Assembly: GCA_951406725.2 (NCBI GenBank)
Contig: OX597821.1
Location: forward strand, 43,896,001-43,960,000
DNA length: 64,000 bases
Reading direction: 5' to 3'
From: Octopus vulgaris
Lineage: Eukaryota
The notes beneath the pieces were generated by a model that had not been told where the DNA came from, searched no databases, and was given only the letters and a program-made list of their open reading frames with translations. The position numbers were made by a program, and so were the translations under genes. Positions 55,025 through 64,000 of this stretch are shown here, one piece after another (position 1 is the stretch's first letter; each line of letters opens with the position of its first letter).

Positions 55025-55133
55025 TAAAAGCTCTCTCTTTATATCGAGCGTCAAACTAGTACATTCCATGTGCACGTCCTCTTGTTGTTTTGTTATTGTT
55101 ACTTTTAATGTTCGAGTATTTGTTTTTACTGTA

Positions 55134-55539
55134 CAGGTCGTCGCCGACTTACGATCGATCGACTTTCCGATGATTGGCGCGCCAGTAGTCCACCTGAAAT
55201 CTAATGGCTTTGATTTCTCAGAAATTAATCCGTCTTAAGATGATGTCAGCTAACAAACGCTTCTCCTAGGTTTGGTTATACATCGCCACTGTGTTGGATG
55301 TCTATCCTGTCACGGAGATATCGAGGCAACCTCGTATTTGTTTATAAGACGACTGCTTGAGAATTCGAAATTTTTAACTAATGCCAGTATAATAGTATAA
55401 TACAGAATGCAGTGTGTGACTTTTTTCTGAGGGTATACCTTAAGAATGTAAAAATATAAAACAAAGCTACGTAGGCCTATAGACCGACTTACGACAAGTC
55501 AGTTGGAACCAATTGCGGTCATAAGTCGACGACGACCTG
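55134..55539. mobile_element. Tigger/pogo-derived MITE
   Basis: TIRs CAGGTCGTCGCCGACTTACGA and TCATAAGTCGACGACGACCTG with TA on both sides. Confidence 0.9.
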
Positions 55540-55584
55540 TATATACATGCATGCATACATACATACATACATACATACATACAT

Positions 55585-55652
<68 letters not shown>

Positions 55653-56223
55653 ACACACATAGATAGATGTGTGTATTTTTCCCTTCTTAACAATTAACAC
55701 GGAAAAAATAGATAAATAGTTACCAGGGTAGCAAAAAATCCCACAAGTAAAAAGGTTGTAACTCCATGTTTCTAAAGGTAGAAACTTCGGGTTTACGTAA
55801 AATATTTTGTATAATATATAAATAAATGGAGTTAAACGCAGGTGTTATTCAAATTCTTTTACTTCCGACACATGTTTCGAAGATATCACTGGTATTATTC
55901 CAAAGGAATAAAATGGTGTAAAACAATGTAACCCTACTGTAACCTTTCACCACAAATTTCTTTCCTTCTTTCTGTTTCTGTTGTACCCGTATTTCAAAGG
56001 GCCAGCCTTGTCACACGCTGTTACACGGCGAATTTCCTCGAGAACTACGTTAAGGGTACACGTATCTGTGAAGTGCTCAACTAATTACACGTTAATTTCA
56101 CGAGCAGGTTGTTCTGTTGATCGGATCAACTGGAACCCTCGTCATCGTAACCGACGCAGTGACACGATACATATATATATATGCGTATATATATATATGT
56201 GTGTGTAAATATATATATAGAGG

Positions 56224-56296
<73 letters not shown>

Positions 56297-56302
<6 letters not shown>

Positions 56303-56514
56303 GCAAATTTTTTACAAATTTCACTAACAATGGCCTAGCATGTATAAAAAGTCAAAACGACCGAAAACCGTCTCCTAGCGTGTAGAAATTACCTGTTAAG
56401 GTAATTTCTTTTGTGTTTAAATGTACACTATTTTATATTGAATAATATGTCATCTGTTGACTTTTTATACATGCTAGGCCACTGGTAGTGAAATTTGTAA
56501 AAATTTGCTACCCT
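56297..56514. mobile_element. Short element with ~55-bp terminal inverted repeats
   Basis: agggtagcaaatttttt..ggcctagcatgtataaaaagtcaa versus ttgactttttatacatgctaggcc..aaatttgctaccct. Confidence 0.75.
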
Positions 56515-56887
56515 ATATATATCTAAGTATTGGTATTAGCATTTCAAGATTTGTTTCGGCATTTTTCATTTTCTGCCAACTGAAACTGCGCTTGCGTGGT
56601 GGATTCTGAAATAATTATAACATATAAAGATGGGACACGTGCTATTGGTCTCATAATTATAGGTTAGTCTTGGATGGCTCGGTTACTGATGAGAATTTGC
56701 CTAGTAAATTACTTTATTTACTAAAAAAATTCGAAACCTATAGGTATAACCGTAAAAACAAGGTAAAAGTTTTTATTTTTTCATTCCCTTTGAAATTGCT
56801 TAAATTTTGTGGTTTTCGGTCGTTTTGACTGTCTCCTAGCGTGTAGAAATTGCCTGTTATAGGTAATTTCTCTTGTGTTTAAATGTA

Positions 56888-56948
<61 letters not shown>

Positions 56949-57289
56949 GAATGATAATTAAATTCTAAAGCCAGATAAAATGCTGGCTTAACACAACATT
57001 TCTGTGATCAACATGATCACGGAAATAGTTAGTTAAGCCAGCATTTTATCAAAGTAACGCAAGTCTGTATGTGGAACCTGTAATCGATTGTCTAAAACAC
57101 CTTCAGGACTGAAAATAATATCCGTAGTCAAGAAATTGAAAAAAAAATTTGTACATACTAAAATTGCAAATAATGAAAACAAATTTTGTTGAATTTTTAT
57201 CTGTACATACTTAAATTATAAATAATGAAACAAATTGACTAAATTGTAGGACTTTTATCTGTTGATGGCGTGCTCTTGTCTCAAGACGA

Positions 57290-57682
57290 AACGCCCAGGA
57301 AAACTGGCGAAATGGGTCTTGTTTCATGAGGACAATGCTCCACAGCTCCTTGGTTTCAATGTCTGTTGTGCGTGACTGTGGCTTTGAACTAGTTGATCAA
57401 CCTCCCTGTTTTCCTAATTCGGCACCATCTGACTATCATGTGTTCCCCATCATGAAAAAACTCTTAGCTGGGAACCAGTATTGCAGTGATGACGGCATAT
57501 CTGCTGTTTTGACCAACAGGATAAAAGCTTCTGCACCAATGGGATCAAAGCACTGCAACATTAATGGAAGAAGCATGTGGACTGCAAGGTAGGGATGGGC
57601 TACGTTGGAAGATAAACCTTATTAGGACACATTCTATGAAAGTATCTTGGTTAGTCTATAAACTCTTCGGCCGACCCTTGAA
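57290..57682 (+). mobile_element. Mariner 3' fragment
   Basis: LFHEDNAP, CGFELVDQPPCFPNSAPSDYHVFPIMKK. Confidence 0.8.
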
Positions 57683-58595
57683 TGTCTGTTCACGACTGTA
57701 TAGTTATCTAAAACAGTTAACTAATATGTGGTACGTGTTACCAGGTTATATTTTCCTGTCAATGACAGCTAAGTGTGTTTATGTGTGCGTATGTATGTAC
57801 AATCACACGCATGTACATAGGGAGAAAGAGAAAGACAGAGACGCATATGTGTAGATATTCTTTTAGTATCAGAGAATTATGCAAAAGTACCCCATTATTG
57901 AAATTTTGAATAAAGAGTTAGAAAGCCGTCTGGTACAAAATTTTTGAAAATGAACAATTTATTGTAAACAAATTATCCACTTAGGAAACGATATTTCAAC
58001 GACTACTCCATTGTTTGAATTCATGTGAATTATAGTACTTAAGAGACTCGTATGAAATTTTGCCTTAACAAAATGGCGTATTCGCTGAGATATCGTTTTG
58101 TAGATGGATGATTTATTTACAATAAATTGATCATTTAAGAACTGTTGGACCAGACAGCTTTCTACCATTTATTCAAATTTTCAGTACCATAGTATTTCTA
58201 TATAATTTTCTTTTACTTAAAAAAAAAAAATTAAATTTACTCTCTTGTCAGATGTTAGAGAACGAGACGGAATAGGATAAACAATTGCTGCAGCCAACAA
58301 CATCATACTAGACAGATGAGATTTCAATGTGGCATCGTTTATTGACTTGAGGGTTCGAATAGCTACAGCGTTGTTAGACTACTGCTTGTTTAATAGAGTT
58401 TTGACTCTACGAAGAAGAGATGTGCGCATGAATAACTTGCAATCTCAGCAACAAGGCGAAATTGCCTATAATTTATCAACACACTTTTGTTCATCACTAT
58501 TTTAGAGATAATCACTCCTTTCTGGTCATTTGTAACATTTGTCGTTTGGCTGTTGCCATCGTGGTAGTTGCCGTCGCTGTTGTTGTGTTGGTGAA

Positions 58596-59025
58596 TGCCA
58601 CAGTCGAACCAATTCTACTATATGGCTCAGAAACCTGGACGTTATCAAAGAAGCTTGAGAGGCGGTTGGATGGAACCTACACTCGCCTCCTTATAAGAGC
58701 TCAAAATCTCTCGTGGAAGCGCGATCCAACCAAAATGTAAATATATGGGAAACTACCACCTGTGTCATTTCTTGTGAAAGGTAGGAGAGTCCAGTTTACT
58801 GGACATTGTTGTAGAGCTGAAAAAGAAGTAATTTCTACTCTTCTCCTCTGGAAGCCATCTACTCGCAATACCAGAGGGCGCACACTCTCCTACCCCGATG
58901 TAATCTCCAGGGATACAGGCATCCAGCAACAGGACCTCCGTAATGCTATGATGGACCGTAAAGTCTGGCGTAACATAGTAAATTCCATTGTCTCGACCAC
59001 GGTCGAGCAATGATGATGATGATGG
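58596..59025 (+). mobile_element. RTE-like LINE 3' end
   Basis: ATVEPILLYGSETWTL..RLDGTYTRLL, FTGHCCR, RGR, AMMDRKVWR and a (TGA)n tail. Confidence 0.85.
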
Positions 59026-59776
59026 TGAATGAAAATGTATTTCTTGGGCTGCGTTAAAAAGTGACTGATAACACTCATGAACGATTAACAAAATATTTTA
59101 TTACTGCAGATAGAGCTTTAACTGTGTTGGTCTTTTACAAATACTAGCAGCAATAATTACATACAGGGCGGGGTGGGGGAGATACTGCTTGGGGTCTACT
59201 ATAAAGTTAACTGATGTAGCAATTTGTGATTGGCCCATCAGAACTGGAAAATAATTGTTATATTCGTGGGGACGAGAATTCTTGTCAACTCTCAGTTATC
59301 TGTCTTAATCGGCTGGATATGATGAGAATGGAGACGACATGCGGTGCGGCTGCCTCAACATTCTGCGATCACTGTCAAAACATGCCTTTTTACAGGACGC
59401 AAAGAGAAAATTCCAGAAAATCAAATCACGCGATGGCTTGAAGCTGATTGGGTACTTAAAAAACCGACCATGTGATACTATTGTGGCTTGACCCTAATGT
59501 CTGCTCAGCTGCCAGGCGGTTCGGATTCTACTCATTGCTACACATTCATCTGTTCTACATTGCTTATGCGTAATATTTTCGTGATGTTGAAATTGAAGCC
59601 TCGTACAATATGCATTATTTATAATGGCCAGTTAAGCTTTTTACAATTATTTATCGTCCATTACTAAATGTAAACAAGTGCTTTTAATATTGTTACCCCG
59701 CAGATTTTTAAAAATCATTGCTCGAATATATAATTCTTTCCTGTTTCTCTCACTTTCTCTGTTTGTATACACACAC

Positions 59777-59835
<59 letters not shown>

Positions 59836-59875
59836 CATACATACGCACATATCATCTAAGTATTTATTCTGTGCG

Positions 59876-59920
<45 letters not shown>

Positions 59921-59967
59921 ATGTACATACATACATATATACACGCACCAACACACACATATGATAT

Positions 59968-60033
<66 letters not shown>

Positions 60034-60489
60034 CACACACACACATACACACACATAAACACACATACACACACACATGCTATTATATATATCAAAGAGT
60101 TTATTTCAATACGTGATAATTTTAAAATAGTATTTTTCGGTATTGTTTAACCTCGAGAAAGAAACAAACAAATATTATTTAAACCGTTGCTGTTAAAATA
60201 TTTCTTTGATGTAGAGATGATGTTCCGGCGTAGGATCAGTGATTCTCCGTCTTTGTGATTTCCAGATCAATCACAGAATTATTGTCGCACTTTCTATGAA
60301 ATGTTTTAAAAAATGTTTTAAAGCCAAATATTTAGGAAGTCAATTTAAATAAAAACTTTTCCGCAAGTCCCTTTCAGATGCTTCTCTGAAACAAAATATC
60401 ACACCCAGAGCCATTCCACATTTGTATACACATTCTGAATGTTATACATGTTGTTATTTCAGTCTAATGTTTGCTTTATGCTCTTGCTT

Positions 60490-60715
60490 GATGGTTAGTG
60501 GTTCTAGAGGCATCATATACGGACAACCGATCTTGTCCACCAGTGTTCTCCATCGATAGCAGTCCAGTGCAAGTCTCTTTGCTTCCTCCAAGGTGACGCC
60601 GAGTCTCTGGAGATAAACTTTAATCACATCCAGCCGTCTGGTGCGGGGCCTGCCACGAGGCCTCTTCCACCCTGCAGCTACTGCATCGAATGAGAGTAAA
60701 GCCCTCGTAAAGGGC
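60490..60715 (-). mobile_element. RTE-like LINE 3' fragment
   Basis: WKRPRGRPRTRRLDVIK..LQRLGV..A.DCYRWR. Confidence 0.7.
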
Positions 60716-60769
60716 TTCACACTAAATATTAAATAATTCCAGTATTTTCTGTCATTTTTGATTATTTTG

Positions 60770-61002
60770 TTATTTTTTCAACCGTTCTGATCATTTTGGC
60801 CGCCATCGGTTTTGCAGTAAATTACTAAATCATCCATAACTTTTGTATTATCCTCTCAAATTGCACCAAAATCTCAGGCAATAACAAATAATATCGTATT
60901 TATTGTCTGTAAAAATTATAGAATATAAAACAACTTTGATAAAAAATTATATCTACTTTTCTGACGAAAACAATGCCGTTCTGAACATTTTGGCCGCAAC
61001 TG
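60770..61002. mobile_element. Isolated Tc1 IR/DR-type terminal inverted repeat
   Basis: End reads CAGTTGCGGCCAAAATGTTCAGAACGG on the minus strand; the ccgttctga.cattttggccgc motif occurs twice (60782 and 60976). Confidence 0.6.
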
Positions 61003-61007
61003 TTTAT

Positions 61008-61159
61008 ATTCTTTTACTTGTTTCAGTCATTTTACTGCAGCCATGCTGGAGCACCGCTAGATTACGGGGACATAAACACACCAATATTGCTTGTCAAAGG
61101 ACGGTGGTGGGCACAAACATAGACACACAAATATTTATACATATATACATACACACACA

Positions 61160-61219
<60 letters not shown>

Positions 61220-61384
61220 CGACGGGCTTCTTTCAGTTTCTGTCTGTCAAATCCACTCACAAGGCTTTGGTCAGAACGAGGCTATAGCAGAAGACATTCA
61301 CTTGTCGAACGTGCTACACAGTGGGACTGAACCCGGAAATAAGCGGTTGGGAAGCAAGCTTCTTACAACACATCTACGCCTGCG

Positions 61385-61387
<3 letters not shown>
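61008..61387 (-). mobile_element. SINE family A
   Basis: Reverse-complement homology to 791-1240. Confidence 0.8.
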
Positions 61388-61441
<54 letters not shown>

Positions 61442-61501
61442 CTGTGTGTCTGTGTGTATATATGTGTATGTGTGTGTGTATATATGTATATACCTATATA
61501 T

Positions 61502-61544
<43 letters not shown>

Positions 61545-61547
<3 letters not shown>

Positions 61548-61749
61548 CTTTACTACCCACAAGGGGCTAAATACAGAGGGGACAAACAAGGACAGACAAA
61601 GGGATTTAGTCGATTTCTTAATTTATCGACCCCGAAAGGATGAAAGGCAAAGTCGACCTCGGCGGAATTTGAACTCAGAACGTAACGACAGACGAAATAC
61701 GGCTACGCATTTCGCCCGGCGTGCTAAAGTTTCTGCCAGCTCGCCGCCA
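61545..61749 (-). mobile_element. SINE family B
   Basis: Head ggcggcgagctggcagaaac and B box gagttcaaattcc on the minus strand. Confidence 0.88.
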
Positions 61750-61763
61750 TATATATATGAGTG

Positions 61764-61849
<86 letters not shown>

Positions 61850-61959
61850 CATATATACATACATGCATACACACACAAAGACATATATAATTTAGTAATT
61901 TTAGCATTTGATCTCCTTATTTCGTGTGATTGGAAACATCAGATTATCTCATTAAACAC

Positions 61960-62156
61960 CCCAATTCCTATTTATCTATAATCTGCATTGCCTCTGTTGC
62001 TCTGTCGTATCGAATCATCATCAATACTCTAGAATGAGTTGGGAAACAACAGACTATCTCTTTATATACCTAAATCCCCATTTATCGATAATCTCTATTG
62101 TCTGTGTTGCTCTGTGGTACTTAATCATTGACGTTGCTCTAGAATGATTGGGATAT
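61960..62156. repeat. Diverged tandem duplication, ~110-bp period
   Basis: atttatc.ataatct..tgttgctctgt..ctctagaatga occurs twice. Confidence 0.75.
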
Positions 62157-64000
62157 GTTGGAATTCTTTCAAATACAATATCTTGCCTGAATCCTCGAAG
62201 CATCGAAGATAAACTATCTACAGAATTATCACATCCGACGAAATTGCTTTTGCCAGCTGACTGTTTCTGAAGAAATTAAACAAAAAAGAAGAAAAAAATC
62301 CTTTACACCGATATGGCTGTAAGAGTTGAAGGCATCGTTCAAAGTTTTGACACGTCTCTGGTAACAAGAATGAACAATACACAAAAGCACGTCAAAGGTC
62401 TCACTGAAAATTATTCCAAAGTTGCAGCCTGGGTATTCTCAATCTGGTTTACGCGTCCTACCAAAAACCGTTGCCGATAAGATTATGCATTTCTACGTGC
62501 AGACAGTTCATGGAACCTAAGTTGAGGTCTGGGTATTTGGTGGGAGCCAAATGGCACGCTTCCACATGCAACACATCGGAAAGCAACAGCTTAGAAGTAG
62601 ATGTCAAGGGCGAGCTGCTCTGAAAAGGATTTAGCTGGGCTCTACCAAAGTTATAGTTCCTGGGGATTTGGTCGCTTTTCATCCATTAATCGATATGAAT
62701 TGAATTTGGTGCCTGTGGTGGCTATGGCGTCATTTCTTCTATTGTGTTAATATATTATTTTGTGTGACCATATTGTTTGTGTGTGTGTGAGTGTGTGTAT
62801 ATGCGCGCGTGTGTGTGTGCGCACGCGTATACGTCTATATGTGTGCATGTATGTGTATATATACACATACGTGCTCGTGTATGTGAATACCTACGTACAT
62901 AAATACACAAATACATACACATATATCTACATATCTGTATGTATGTATGTGTATGAGTTATATATATGTATGTGTGTGTATATATATATGTGTATGTGTG
63001 CATCTATATATGCTTATGTACATATATACATATATGTGTGCGTGTATGTGTGCGTATGTATATCTGTGTGTCTGTATGCGTTAGTGTATGTGTGTGATTA
63101 TGACACACAAACATACTCACACACACATTTATTTGCAGAGCGAAAGAGGGGAAGGAGAGTGGTGAGAACGGGAGAAGAGAGAGTGGGGTGGCAGACAGAT
63201 ATATTATGATATATTTGCCATCTTTGTCTCTCTGTCTTTATCCATTTCCGACCACCACACATTATTAAATGAACGTTGTTTCAATGTATAAAAATCAGCC
63301 TCAGTTGACTTTCATCGTGCACAATAGGAAATTCCTTTCATTTCATATCGCTTATAAAAGTCCGAAAATATTAGATTTTCTGGTAGAAGTATAATCGGAG
63401 GAGAGACTTGAAATTCGATTTCGAAATTCCATTGGAAATATAGCCTGAATTCAACATGAAACAAGATACCATAAATGCGATGGATAAAAAGAACGAGATG
63501 AAGTAACTAGAGAGATCCACTTAATTGTTTCACCTTCTGAAAGTTAATAAATGTATTTAGGGGAAAGATTATCAGATTTAGTCTATCCATCCATTGCCAT
63601 TGCACAACGTAAGATTGTTAAACTCAGTAAAGTTATAGCAGTCACGACACCTTCAGTTTGTGTGGTGTCTTAGTTTCTATCTGTTAGTTTCTAGTAATGT
63701 TCATGGCTGTATATAGGAACGTCTTACAGACATTTGTAATTTCAGAGTTGCATTATTTGTTGAGAGCGATGTCGGTATCAATATCAAAGACTCAATAAAA
63801 GATAGAAAATGTTTCAGAAAATTGATGAATAAAACCGTTCAAAATGAAACTAACCTAAATTCTGGAATATCTGTCAAGCCGTCTCAAAAGATAGAGATTT
63901 AACAGCTGCATGCTCGCGTGTGAATGAGATGAAGTAATGGCGAATGTTCTCGGCGGTGACTAGTTGATGCCGATCGAATTAACTGGAATTTATTGTGTCT

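Noticed and set aside
59396-59451. Possible coding exon
   Set aside because: Weak donor, no phase-compatible neighbour identified and no recognisable peptide.
62220-62660. Old I/Ingi-type RT relic (similar weak signal at 41300-41720)
   Set aside because: Only faint motif echoes across broken frames; cannot be supported without a profile search.

Overview
AT-rich, microsatellite-dense eukaryotic genomic DNA. The mix of tRNA-derived SINE families and (AT)n, (ATAC)n, (ATCT)n and (AAT)n arrays resembles an octopus/coleoid cephalopod genome; this is inference, not a database result. Most ORFs in the supplied track are microsatellite read-through. The only credible host coding sequence is three phase-compatible + strand exons (1396-1435, 2032-2086, 8131-8241) giving the C-terminus of an unidentified gene, followed by AATAAA signals. 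The rest is mostly transposon debris: a Buster-type hAT, a full-length mariner (DD34D), Tigger/Tc1 relics and MITEs, Helitrons, a Ty3/Gypsy, Penelope-like elements, and RTE, R4/Dong and CR1/jockey-type LINEs. The most interesting unexplained layers are (i) several hammerhead-ribozyme motifs, one near-canonical at 54748-54817, associated with Penelope-style inverted or direct repeat junctions (retrozyme-like repeats), and (ii) a ~560-bp non-coding element that, like the Dong LINEs, sits in (TAA)n arrays. Repeat boundaries were read by eye and are approximate unless a TIR or TSD is quoted.
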